NCBI GenBank assembly: GCA_050287845.1 | Contig: JBNKCR010000013.1 | Coordinates: 1-64,000 of the forward strand | Direction: 5' to 3' | From: Polyangia bacterium | Lineage (GTDB): Bacteria > Myxococcota_A > Polyangia > JAAYKL01 | Length of the DNA: 64,000 bases | Shown: piece after piece, positions 49,716-59,203 of the stretch | Layout of the letters: each line of letters opens with the position of its first letter | How positions within the stretch are numbered: position 1 is the first letter of the stretch | Notes under the pieces: generated by a model | The model's database searches: none | What the model was told of the DNA's origin: nothing | Seen by the model: only the letters and a program-made list of their open reading frames with translations | Made by a program: the position numbers and the translations under genes

Positions 49716-51581
49716 CTAATTGGTATACAGCTCGTCAATCAGGTGGCCATAGCGTTCTGCAATGATTTTCTTCCGAAGCTTGAGGCTTGGCGTGACCTCA
49801 CCGCCTGCAATGGAAAACTCGCGGGGGACAATGGCAAATTTTTTAATGGTTTCATACTGTTCCAGCTTTCTGTTCATTGCCATGATTTCCGTTTCAATGA
49901 CGCTGAGAAAAGCTGGATTTTTCGCCAGTTCATCCATCGTTGAAGGTTGTTCATTGGCGATGGCCCATGCGTTCGCGGATTCCATGTCCAGGGTGAGCAA
50001 TGCGGTGAGAAATTTCCGCTTATTGCCAAAAACGACCGCATGGGAAACATATTTCAGTCTGGAGAGCATCGCCTCTATGGGAGCAGGGGCAATATTCTTT
50101 CCGCCGGATGTGACAATGATATCCTTTTTTCTATCCGTGATGCAGAGGAATCCTTCCGAATCCACGGTGCCAATGTCGCCCGTATGCAGCCATCCACCTT
50201 CATCAATGGTGGCCGCGGTATCCTCCGGAAGATTCAGATAACCTTTCATGACACCTGGGCTTCGGACGAGGATTTCTCCATCATCTGCGATCAGCACTTC
50301 GGTGTCATCCAGAGGCAATCCAACAGTGCCAAACCGATAATTATCAATCCGGTTGTGGTGACTCAGGGATGCATTTTCCGTCATGCCGTATCCCTCGATA
50401 ATCAGCAGTCCTGCAGCATGAAAAAACTCAATGATTTCCTTTTGGAGAGGCGCACCGCCCGATATCATCATGCGTACTTTTCCCCCAAGTCTTTTCTGGA
50501 GTTTTGAGAATATCAGCCGGTGGGCAAGGCTCGCCTGCACCGCCAATGTCGCTGGCAATGGCAAATTCGCCTGCATCAGACGGCTCACCCTGGAGCCAAC
50601 GTCGAGTGCCCACTTAAAAATGCGCTTTTTGAGATGACCGCCTTTCTCAACCTGTTCAAGCACTCCGGCAAAAATTTTCTCGAACAATCTCGGAACAGAC
50701 ACAAAGAAGTCCGGTTGCAGAGATTCAGCGTCATCAACGGCGGTCAGCATCGAACTGGCAAACGCAACGGTGAAACCAATCCGCATCTGCGCGTGATACA
50801 CAAGTTGCGCGTATACATGAGCCAGAGGAAGAAACAACAGCGTTTTCTCGTTTTCATTCAGCTTCAGGGTATCCGGGAGGTTTCGGGTTACCGAAGTCAG
50901 ATTCTGATGTGTGAGCAGTGCTCCCTTGGGAATGCCGGTGGTTCCCGAAGTGTATACCACTTTTGCCACATCGCTGGCAAAAATCCCCGCCAATCTTTCT
51001 TTCAACACATCCTGCAATGTCTCCAGTTCGATCTCCCCACATCGAATATAGTCTTCAAATGCGATGACCATTGACTTCCTGCTGTCCGGAACGGTTTCGA
51101 CGAGAGACAATGCTGGTGGAGCGGGCTTTCCTTCACGATGTGGGGGGACCTGGGTATTCTGAAAATACACAATTCTCTTCAGAGCTGGTGGCAGTTCCGC
51201 ATCTTTGTTTTCGCCGAAGATGGACCGCAGCTGAATCGGTCCTTCGGCAAAAACCACCCTTGCCTCGGAGTCTCTCAGAATATGATGCACCGTGTCCCGC
51301 GAGAGATTCTGATAGATGGTAGCCGTCTGGGCGCCGCACATCAGAATTCCCATATCGGATTCAAGCCATTCTCTTCTGGAATATGAAAATATCGCGACGC
51401 TGTCCCGGGCATTGACGCCATCCTGAATCAATGCCGAAGCAACAGCACGGGATCGCTGGTACCATTCGCGAAAACTCTGCGAAACCCAGTGGTTCCCTTC
51501 CCTTTCCATCAACGCCGCTTTGTCCGGACACTTTGCCACAAGACTGAGGAACTGTCCAGGGATCGTCGTCAGAGCTGTCAT
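49716..51581 (-). CDS. fadD: Long-chain fatty acid-CoA ligase (FadD15/ACSL type)
   Basis: Motifs YTSGTTGIPKG, LPLAH, VPRLFEK, EGYGMTE, HTGDIG, DRKKD, TPSLK. Confidence 0.93.
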   Translation of the reverse strand: MTALTTIPGQFLSLVAKCPDKAALMEREGNHWVSQSFREWYQRSRAVASALIQDGVNARDSVAIFSYSRREWLESDMGILMCGAQTATIYQNLSRDTVHHILRDSEARVVFAEGPIQLRSIFGENKDAELPPALKRIVYFQNTQVPPHREGKPAPPALSLVETVPDSRKSMVIAFEDYIRCGEIELETLQDVLKERLAGIFASDVAKVVYTSGTTGIPKGALLTHQNLTSVTRNLPDTLKLNENEKTLLFLPLAHVYAQLVYHAQMRIGFTVAFASSMLTAVDDAESLQPDFFVSVPRLFEKIFAGVLEQVEKGGHLKKRIFKWALDVGSRVSRLMQANLPLPATLAVQASLAHRLIFSKLQKRLGGKVRMMISGGAPLQKEIIEFFHAAGLLIIEGYGMTENASLSHHNRIDNYRFGTVGLPLDDTEVLIADDGEILVRSPGVMKGYLNLPEDTAATIDEGGWLHTGDIGTVDSEGFLCITDRKKDIIVTSGGKNIAPAPIEAMLSRLKYVSHAVVFGNKRKFLTALLTLDMESANAWAIANEQPSTMDELAKNPAFLSVIETEIMAMNRKLEQYETIKKFAIVPREFSIAGGEVTPSLKLRKKIIAERYGHLIDELYTN

Positions 51582-51588
51582 CTGGCAG

Positions 51589-53424
51589 TTATCCTCCGAA
51601 ACTGATTCCCACCATCAGGTCGGTATTCAAACCAAATGTAGAGTCTTCCCCAAAAACGAAATCAACTGGCATTTCCGCTGTAATGCCAAAGTGAGAATTA
51701 AAATAGTGTGCCGCCCCAAGGCCAACTTCGATATTTATCGTTCCAGGAGTGGTCACTATCCGATCCTTTTCACCGTCCAAATCCACATCAGTTACCCTGG
51801 GAGCAAAGTACAGATGGCCATACCCAAGGCCACCAAACAGGAAAAACTGATTTCCCTTCCGGTTGATCAATCGCACTTTGACTCTTACATTGACCAGCCA
51901 TGAGTTCCCCAAATCGGTGCTCTCAGTGGTGATGAAATTTGCCGTATCCGGTATGCGATACGCCCCGAATATACCATTATTGGCAGCCGCCAGCGGTGCG
52001 AGACACTCGAATCCGGTATCCGGGTTCACCTCTCCGTCGCGAAGGTTGTCAACAAGACCATCCGCACAGAATTTGAGATCTTTCTGTTTTCGCCAGAATG
52101 CAGATACATCCATCCGCATCCCCACTTCCAGAGAAATCCTCGGACTGAGCATAATTCCCAGGCGACCGCGCAGTGGCAAACCGCCGACACTACCACGACC
52201 GACACCAGTTATCAGATATGAATAATAGGTATCCGAAAAATTATTGGGATTTGAAACTGCGGAACTCAAGTACCATTGATTCGGAGCGCTCGCATATCCT
52301 GCACCGCTGCCCAACAGTATCTCCGCGTAAAATTTTCGCGGTACGTCGTCACTCCCACTGTCCTGTTTGCCGACATCGCCGACGTCGCCTTCACAGAATC
52401 CCATATCCGAGCACCATTGTCCCGACAGACATTCTTCATCAGAAAAGCAGGGGACTCCCTTCGAATGACAATTCTGGTCCCATGGGGGACACTCGGTACA
52501 AGTCTGAGGCTTCGGCATGCCAGCAAGTCCACTGACCACCGGCGCGGATGGATCCATTGTGACAGTATACGGTTGTGCCAGGGACCCATTGCCACAAACC
52601 AGTTTCCCGACCATGTCATATCCCTCGATATAATAGTTGACTGTAGACGGATCGAAATCTGTGATCTGACCTTCAGTACACGAGAGCATCACCGTCACCC
52701 ATCCCGTGTCGCCCTTTTGCATGTTCATATCGAAATACGTTGACGAGCCGTCATAGGCGTACTTCAGAACAACCCTGTCCAGCGTTGCCAGTTTGTCCGA
52801 TTCTATCTGAATCATCAGCGGCAGCTCCGTTGATTTTCTCTGCTGCGCCGGTGCATTATGCACACCACAGGGCGGTAAAGAATCGCCGGTAAAAGGTTGC
52901 GGCTGAATTGCCAGACCGTCTCCTTCGACCGGAGCGGGTTGCACCGCGTTTCCCTGGTATTTCACATTCGCCAATAGTCCGGGACAATTTTGTGCTGTGG
53001 CCCGGGTTTGAGCCATCTTAAAAATCATTTCCACTTCAGGTGAAGAATATAAAGGATCAATTGAAATACTCGCATCCAGGCACCTTGCAATCGCGAAATA
53101 ATCCTGTCCTCGCGCATTGTCCCCCTGGCCTCCGACCAATACCACACCATAGCTGATATAAATCTGTGCAACCGTATTCGCTGTCAGTTGTTCGCCCATG
53201 GCCGCCGCCTGGTCCAGAAGTTGGATTGCGCCATCCAGATCGAGATTGCCATATGCGTTCATGGCTTCTTTCTTCAGGGATATGGCCTGAGCATCTCCTT
53301 CCTGGGCAAGGACTGTCGCCGATGTTCCCAACGTCGCAACCGCTATTATGAGAAATACAGACATTCTTGAAACAAACCCGATACGCACAGTATTATCTCC
53401 AATCGTTGTAATGAAACCGTTCAA
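51589..53424 (-). CDS. Exported protein: TPR-like + Ig-like + Cys-rich + C-terminal beta-barrel-like (paralog A)
   Basis: Signal peptide (..VLA|QE), IDPLYSSPE, YYIEG, CTECPPWDQNC, amphipathic beta C-terminus. True start probably slightly downstream. Confidence 0.7.
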   Translation of the reverse strand: MNGFITTIGDNTVRIGFVSRMSVFLIIAVATLGTSATVLAQEGDAQAISLKKEAMNAYGNLDLDGAIQLLDQAAAMGEQLTANTVAQIYISYGVVLVGGQGDNARGQDYFAIARCLDASISIDPLYSSPEVEMIFKMAQTRATAQNCPGLLANVKYQGNAVQPAPVEGDGLAIQPQPFTGDSLPPCGVHNAPAQQRKSTELPLMIQIESDKLATLDRVVLKYAYDGSSTYFDMNMQKGDTGWVTVMLSCTEGQITDFDPSTVNYYIEGYDMVGKLVCGNGSLAQPYTVTMDPSAPVVSGLAGMPKPQTCTECPPWDQNCHSKGVPCFSDEECLSGQWCSDMGFCEGDVGDVGKQDSGSDDVPRKFYAEILLGSGAGYASAPNQWYLSSAVSNPNNFSDTYYSYLITGVGRGSVGGLPLRGRLGIMLSPRISLEVGMRMDVSAFWRKQKDLKFCADGLVDNLRDGEVNPDTGFECLAPLAAANNGIFGAYRIPDTANFITTESTDLGNSWLVNVRVKVRLINRKGNQFFLFGGLGYGHLYFAPRVTDVDLDGEKDRIVTTPGTINIEVGLGAAHYFNSHFGITAEMPVDFVFGEDSTFGLNTDLMVGISFGG

Positions 53425-53803
53425 TCCCCAATCCCTATTTCAATTACATTAAAACAATAATATAGATTGCACGTTTTTATTCCGAATTGTCAAGCGATTC
53501 GTCACACTAAACGGGTAGTTCCGAGCAATATCATTGCAATTACGGCGATCCGGACGGGCATTACTTTCAAATCCGTCACATATGCCCATTATGCCACAAA
53601 CATATGAAACACGACATAAAAGTAATAAAAAATCTTTCGCCGTCAGAATGCGTGGGAAATTTTATCATCAATAACCGTGAAACTCCGAAGTAACGACAAA
53701 AATCAACGCCCGAAAAAACAAAATCCTGTTTTTACTGAGAGAAACGTACAGGTATCTGGCTCGGATTATACGGGTATTGCGTCATTTCATGGAATCACGC
53801 GAA

Positions 53804-55522
53804 TCAGAAGCGAAGGGCCAGGCCGGCCTGGACGTCAAGATTCACAGTCACATTTTCAGGGAAAGTAATATCAAAAATGGTTCCCACATGAACACCCACA
53901 TTTCGGACGAACCAGTAATTCATATCGAGCCCAAATTCTACACCGAGAAATCCTGCCTTCCGGAAACCACTGGTACTCAGCTTCGCATTCGAATCATCAA
54001 ACCAACCTTCCGGATCACTGCACCGTTCCACCGTTTCTCCCCCTTCAACCACTTCCTGATATTCCTTACAATCCTTGAACGGAATCCGTTGCATGATTTG
54101 CACCCAGCCCATACCGAACACGCCGAACATCTGAAATCCTTTTTCCGCGTTCGTTCCTGCGATACGATAACCGGCATTCACCAGAACAGATGGCACAATA
54201 GTGTCATAAAACCCCGGAAATAACGGTAAATCTCCACGAAAATTAATCCCGAGTTCAAACTTTTCAGTCAGTGAGACCATTGCGCCAATGCGAACATGCA
54301 GTTTGGACATTGCCACACCGGCTTTGTCCGTGGTTACGGCGGTTACACTTCTCATATTGGGAAAATCATCCTGTGTATATTTTTCCTTGGGAACAAATCC
54401 GACACCTGTTCCCCCCGCCAGATAAAACCGAATCTTTGTATCGGCCCCTTTTGTATTAATATACTCAGCATCATCTCCCCCCGCTTCCTCACAGACGCCG
54501 TCTACACAGGACATGCCGGAACAGCAGGGTTCTTCTTCAGAGCACAGGTCAGCGAACTTTTTGCAGTTGCGGTTATTGCAATCGGGGTTCCATGGCGGAC
54601 AATCCTCCTCACAAGCGGGCAATGGTGTCTCTCCGGGAACCCCCGGGGGCGCTGATGAAACAGATTCACCAATATCGATCGTAAAAGGTTGCGCTTCAGA
54701 TCCGGCAGTGGAAAGGAGCTGTCCGGAAGGGTCAGATACTGCGATATAGTACTCTATCGCGGTAGGATCGAGTGTGGTGAGTACGTCGCATTCAATGTAT
54801 GCCGACCATCCGTCACCCTTTCTTACCAGAGGCAACTGCTGAAAAATCCGTTCTCCCACGGTTCGATAAAAAGTCACCACACTGGCAACATCCAAATCAG
54901 CGTTTGTCGTGACATAAAAAGGTATGGGAACCAATCGTTTTTGCTGGGTAACCGTTCTATGTCGAAGCACATCATTCACCACTTCGAACGACTCGCCATT
55001 TGAACTCGAGCCATTATAATCCGGTTCGGCTGTACCCGCAGAAGGTGACGATGCTGATGAGGTCAGCAAATCGTCCACTGTCGGTTCGGCGCCACCGACT
55101 GGCGGTCCAATGCCTTCACATCCCTGTGAGTTGATCTGAGCCTGTGCACCATTGAAAATATCGGCCATATCCGGCGACGAGTTCAACGGGTCCAGCATTA
55201 CCGCAGAATCCTGACATAACGCCTTTTTAAAATACTCCATCGCTCTGGCGCTATCCCCATTGCCGCCCATCTCCACGACACCCCGATTCACGAATGTACG
55301 TGCCAGCTGTGGGCCAGTGATATTGCTGTCCATGCAAAGCTGTTCCGCGTCTTCAAGAAGAGAAATCGCAGTGCCGATTTCGAGATTGGCATACGCATCC
55401 ATCGCATCTTTATTTTTCTGGAGGACATCGGAATTCGCCTGTGCAGCAACATGCCTGGAAAACAATATAGTTAAACAGGCCACCACGGAAACCAAAACAA
55501 AACTCAACTGCGGTCTACTCAT
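53804..55522 (-). CDS. Exported protein: TPR-like + Ig-like + Cys-rich + C-terminal beta-barrel-like (paralog B)
   Basis: Signal peptide, LDPLNSSPD, YYIAV, CEEDCPPWNPDC, ends in ..AGLALRF. Confidence 0.72.
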   Translation of the reverse strand: MSRPQLSFVLVSVVACLTILFSRHVAAQANSDVLQKNKDAMDAYANLEIGTAISLLEDAEQLCMDSNITGPQLARTFVNRGVVEMGGNGDSARAMEYFKKALCQDSAVMLDPLNSSPDMADIFNGAQAQINSQGCEGIGPPVGGAEPTVDDLLTSSASSPSAGTAEPDYNGSSSNGESFEVVNDVLRHRTVTQQKRLVPIPFYVTTNADLDVASVVTFYRTVGERIFQQLPLVRKGDGWSAYIECDVLTTLDPTAIEYYIAVSDPSGQLLSTAGSEAQPFTIDIGESVSSAPPGVPGETPLPACEEDCPPWNPDCNNRNCKKFADLCSEEEPCCSGMSCVDGVCEEAGGDDAEYINTKGADTKIRFYLAGGTGVGFVPKEKYTQDDFPNMRSVTAVTTDKAGVAMSKLHVRIGAMVSLTEKFELGINFRGDLPLFPGFYDTIVPSVLVNAGYRIAGTNAEKGFQMFGVFGMGWVQIMQRIPFKDCKEYQEVVEGGETVERCSDPEGWFDDSNAKLSTSGFRKAGFLGVEFGLDMNYWFVRNVGVHVGTIFDITFPENVTVNLDVQAGLALRF

Positions 55523-55544
55523 AATCTACCCAATTTCCTGTAAT

Positions 55545-56636
55545 TTACTTTTGGGAATCTGTCCTTACAAATTCCACACGTCTATTCGCTGCCCGTCCCA
55601 CCTCAGTCATATTGCTGTCAATGGGTTTTGCTTCTCCCCAACCAACAGAAGTGAGGCGGTGCCGTTCCACCCCGCCATTAATAATGAGGTGTTCTGCCAC
55701 AGCCCTGGCTCGCTTCGTGCTAAGCGTCAAATTATATGCATCTTTGCCCTTGTTATCTGTATGGCCTTCAATACTCAGAGTAATTTCGGGATTCTCCCGC
55801 AAAACCATAGCAACCATGGCAAGAATGGCATATGACTTTTTCATTATCTTTGCTTTGTTGTACGCGAAATAGATTTTCTGATTAATTTCAATCTGCGAAC
55901 TTGTAATTTTCACCCCTTCATATTTTTTGGGACATCCGTTTTCTTCAGGCACACCAGCTGTATTGGGGCAGTTATCCTCTATATCAAAAATAGTGTCTGC
56001 GTCATTGTCATTATCCGGGCATCCATCGTGATCTTCAAATCCATCCGGATCTTCCGCATCAATGGGACACTCGTCACTGGCATCCGCTACACCATCGAGA
56101 TCGTTATCATTATCCGGGCATCCATCCTCGTCCTCAAACCCATCCATATCCTCTTTGTCAACAATACATTGATCAATGGAATCAAGGATGCCATCCATAT
56201 CGGTATCCTGATCTTCCGGACATCCATCTTCGTCTTCGATGCCGTCAAAATCTTCACTCTGATGAGGGCATTTATCCTGTTCAGCACAGATGAAGTCCCC
56301 GTCATCATCCGAGCACTGTGGACTGGGTACGCCATCTTTTCCGCATTGCTCAACCGGAGATTTTTTATCCGCAAGATCCAGATTCGTCATCGCGATGGTA
56401 TAATGCTCCTTCGCCCGTTTCCCCTGTCCCTGCTCAATTTCAAGTAATGCAAACTCCAGATGCGCTCTGGCAACGGCAAATTCGCGGGGAGCACACTTTT
56501 TAGCGCCATTGGCTTCAACCTGCTGCAATCGCAACTGACCATCCGCAATACCGTTTCGCATGGTTTGAGTCGATGCGCATCCATTCCCCAGAAGAAGAAG
56601 AAATACCGAAAACATGACCAATATTCGAACTTTCAT
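55545..56636 (-). CDS. OmpA-family lipoprotein with DUF4398-like N-domain and thrombospondin type-3-like repeats
   Basis: Lipobox GNGC; CAPREFAVA; DxDxDG..DxCP repeats; IEGHTD, NLTLSTKRA, GRAANRRVEF. Confidence 0.9.
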   Translation of the reverse strand: MKVRILVMFSVFLLLLGNGCASTQTMRNGIADGQLRLQQVEANGAKKCAPREFAVARAHLEFALLEIEQGQGKRAKEHYTIAMTNLDLADKKSPVEQCGKDGVPSPQCSDDDGDFICAEQDKCPHQSEDFDGIEDEDGCPEDQDTDMDGILDSIDQCIVDKEDMDGFEDEDGCPDNDNDLDGVADASDECPIDAEDPDGFEDHDGCPDNDNDADTIFDIEDNCPNTAGVPEENGCPKKYEGVKITSSQIEINQKIYFAYNKAKIMKKSYAILAMVAMVLRENPEITLSIEGHTDNKGKDAYNLTLSTKRARAVAEHLIINGGVERHRLTSVGWGEAKPIDSNMTEVGRAANRRVEFVRTDSQK

Positions 56637-57064
56637 TGGCCGCCCTCCCTGCCTGCCAGAAGAGACAGTTCCCGGGCGCGCCGCGCATACTCACGGGCTT
56701 GACGTGCGTACTCAAGCGCTGCCTGATAGTCGGAATATCCAACTTCCTCCCGCGCCTTTGCGAGATATTCTATCGCCGAATAATACTCAAACGGCGCTCC
56801 GCAACCGATTGATTCAGCGGATGAGGCATCTGCCGGATCCGTTGACGCGACCTCTGTCCCGGACTGCAGCGCGTTATACCTGGTAACGGGGCTCCGCTCC
56901 GCCAATTGTTGTTCGGTGCAGGAAGCACCTGCTTCCTCCGCCTTATCGATTGCGTCTGAGGCATTGACAATTACAACGGAATATTCAACCGGGGCACAAC
57001 CAAAAGACGCTATAGAAACAGCGACAAAGAAGATCACTGAAGAAAGTGAAAAGCGATGATGCAC
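56633..57064 (-). CDS. DUF4398-like lipoprotein
   Basis: Lipobox SFGC; APFEYYSAIEYLAKAREE..SDYQAA; overlaps the ompA start. Confidence 0.75.
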   Translation of the reverse strand: MHHRFSLSSVIFFVAVSIASFGCAPVEYSVVIVNASDAIDKAEEAGASCTEQQLAERSPVTRYNALQSGTEVASTDPADASSAESIGCGAPFEYYSAIEYLAKAREEVGYSDYQAALEYARQAREYARRARELSLLAGREGGQ

Positions 57065-57246
57065 AGTATATCCTCCAAAATCAGTGAATTTAGACTTGCG
57101 ACCAAACTTTATCTAAGCAGACATCATGCTCGGCTCCAAATCTATAAGTATCCAAAATAATATCCGAAAGTCAACTTATGATTTTCGTTATTCTTTCATT
57201 ATTCAATGAGGAAAAGAGAGCAAATCAAAGGGGTAAGCCAGACGAA

Positions 57247-57531
57247 TCACAACGAAAGTTGCCAGTTGTTACGTCCCACATTCTGCGTTCGTCGAACAAT
57301 ACGTGCAATACTGGAAATGGACGTGAACTGCTGCGCCACTTCTTCTGTAAACGCCATTTTAAAAACACTTTCCAGAATAGTCATCACTTCCAACTTATCA
57401 AGAGAATCCAAGCCAAGATGCTGCAACCCATCCACATCGGGGGCGATTTTTTTTCCGGAAACCGACAGAATTACCTCACGAATCTTTTTTTCCACTTCCT
57501 CGGTCTGAATGATTTTATCAGTGTCGTTCAT
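57247..57531 (-). CDS. Acyl carrier protein-like
   Basis: LGLDSLDKLE phosphopantetheine motif; 94 aa from ATG 57531, overlapping the mazG end. Confidence 0.75.
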   Translation of the reverse strand: MNDTDKIIQTEEVEKKIREVILSVSGKKIAPDVDGLQHLGLDSLDKLEVMTILESVFKMAFTEEVAQQFTSISSIARIVRRTQNVGRNNWQLSL

Positions 57532-58321
57532 TTTTCTTGGCCTGTTCCCAATAGTGATCCAGATCTTCCAGCGCCATATCGGATAGTCTTTGTCCTGCAT
57601 CGTCTGCATTCTTTTCAACAAATGCAAATCTGTTTTTAAACCGAGTGCAACATTGTCGCAATGATTCTTCAGGATCGACACCGAGATGCCTCGCCCATTG
57701 TGCCACCGCAAACAACAGATCCCCCATTTCGTGCTCGATTTTCGCAGAATCCCCCTCAGCCACCGCCTCATCAAGCTCATTCAGCTCCTCGTCCACTTTC
57801 CCGCGAACGCCACTGATATCCGGCCAGTCAAATCCAACGCGAGAAACCTTTTGCCCCATTCGGTACGCCTTGAGCAGTCCCGGTAAGGCACTGGGGACGC
57901 CGTCGAGCGCCCCCCTGTCGCTTTTTTCCTTTGCCTTGATTTTTTCCCAGTTTCGAATCACGTCATCCGCTCCATCAACGCTGGTGTCAGAAAAAACATG
58001 CGGATGACGACGAATCATTTTCCTGGAAAGCCCTTCAATCACATCACCAATATGAAATTGATCGTATTCAAATGCTATCTGGGCGTGCAGCATTATTTGC
58101 AACAGCACGTCCCCCAACTCTTCCCGGACATGGGCAGCGTCGCCTGAATCTATGGCATCCAGCGCTTCGTAGGTTTCTTCTACAAGATATGGCTTCAACG
58201 TTACAGATGTCTGTTTCCGATCCCACGGACACCCGTCTGGTGAACGAAGTTTGTCAATAATATCAATCAGTTCATCCATCGCCGCCAGCGAATTCTCTTT
58301 TCGTTTCATTTTTTCATTCAT
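57518..58321 (-). CDS. mazG: Nucleoside triphosphate pyrophosphohydrolase MazG (tandem domain)
   Basis: Motifs GCPWDRKQT, EETYE, EELGDVL, RRHPHVF, GFDW, EMGDLLF. Confidence 0.96.
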   Translation of the reverse strand: MNEKMKRKENSLAAMDELIDIIDKLRSPDGCPWDRKQTSVTLKPYLVEETYEALDAIDSGDAAHVREELGDVLLQIMLHAQIAFEYDQFHIGDVIEGLSRKMIRRHPHVFSDTSVDGADDVIRNWEKIKAKEKSDRGALDGVPSALPGLLKAYRMGQKVSRVGFDWPDISGVRGKVDEELNELDEAVAEGDSAKIEHEMGDLLFAVAQWARHLGVDPEESLRQCCTRFKNRFAFVEKNADDAGQRLSDMALEDLDHYWEQAKKNERH

Positions 58322-58415
58322 GGCGGTGTTTCCGATATCATTTTCCACAAGTGCATGCAAGCACAACCCGGCCTCTTTCCGGAGCAAAAACTGCCAGAAT
58401 GCGATTCACTCAATT

Positions 58416-59198
58416 CTATTGTTCCAAATCAATCTGCTCTGGACGGAACATGAATACATGTTGTGGATTGGTACACAGCAGCGTCTTTATCCGGCACTCA
58501 TCAACGCGATTCAACGCAGCCAATGCATCAGCCACGTACTCGAAATCGCCAATCCGGTGCACATCTGTCGCCAGTATATCCGCTGTACCATCGGACACAA
58601 ATTGCCATGCCAGCTGTTCAGCCCGCTGGCCATACTTTCCCACGAGGGAGCCCAGATTGATTTGCATCAGCATCCCCCGCTCTTTCAATGTCGCCAGCTG
58701 AGCGCCCCCGGACTGCACATCCCCATACCGTTCCGGATGTGCCAGAATCAGCGTCTTTCCTGAAACGCGCGCTTCAAAAACAAACCGTTCAAGTGCGGGT
58801 GTGAACACTCCGGGACGATTTTCGAACTCCACGAGATAGCTGTCGCCAATCCCGCGAAAACGTCCTGCAGCAAATTTTTCCGAGTACGCATCGCGGCACA
58901 TGATTTCCGCGCCAATCTTTATCTGCACCTGCGTTTCCGCCATGGCAGACGCCAGTTGTTTCAGTCTTTCTTTTACCAGTTTATCGTCTGGTGATTCAAA
59001 TAGCCAGTGATTCGTATGGGGAGTTGCCACCACTCCTCTGTACCCCAGACTTGCGTATCGCTGCAGGAAAGACAGGGTATCATCGATGCTTCCGGCGCCA
59101 TCGTCCAGCGCCCAAAGAATATGACTATGGATGTCATACAAAGGAAATTGCGGTTTTGAAACGACAGACTTGCGCGATTTAAAAAGAGACCAGATCAT
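58416..59198 (-). CDS. CpsB/CapC-family PHP tyrosine-protein phosphatase
   Basis: Motifs DIHSHIL..DDG, ATPH, GAE, LAHPERY, ATDVH, NP. Confidence 0.9.
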   Translation of the reverse strand: MIWSLFKSRKSVVSKPQFPLYDIHSHILWALDDGAGSIDDTLSFLQRYASLGYRGVVATPHTNHWLFESPDDKLVKERLKQLASAMAETQVQIKIGAEIMCRDAYSEKFAAGRFRGIGDSYLVEFENRPGVFTPALERFVFEARVSGKTLILAHPERYGDVQSGGAQLATLKERGMLMQINLGSLVGKYGQRAEQLAWQFVSDGTADILATDVHRIGDFEYVADALAALNRVDECRIKTLLCTNPQHVFMFRPEQIDLEQ

Positions 59199-59203
59199 TC
59201 AGT

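Noticed and set aside
57532..57780. N-terminal 83 aa of the 177-aa track ORF
   Set aside because: Overlaps mazG out of frame; only the part from ATG 57531 looks like an ACP.
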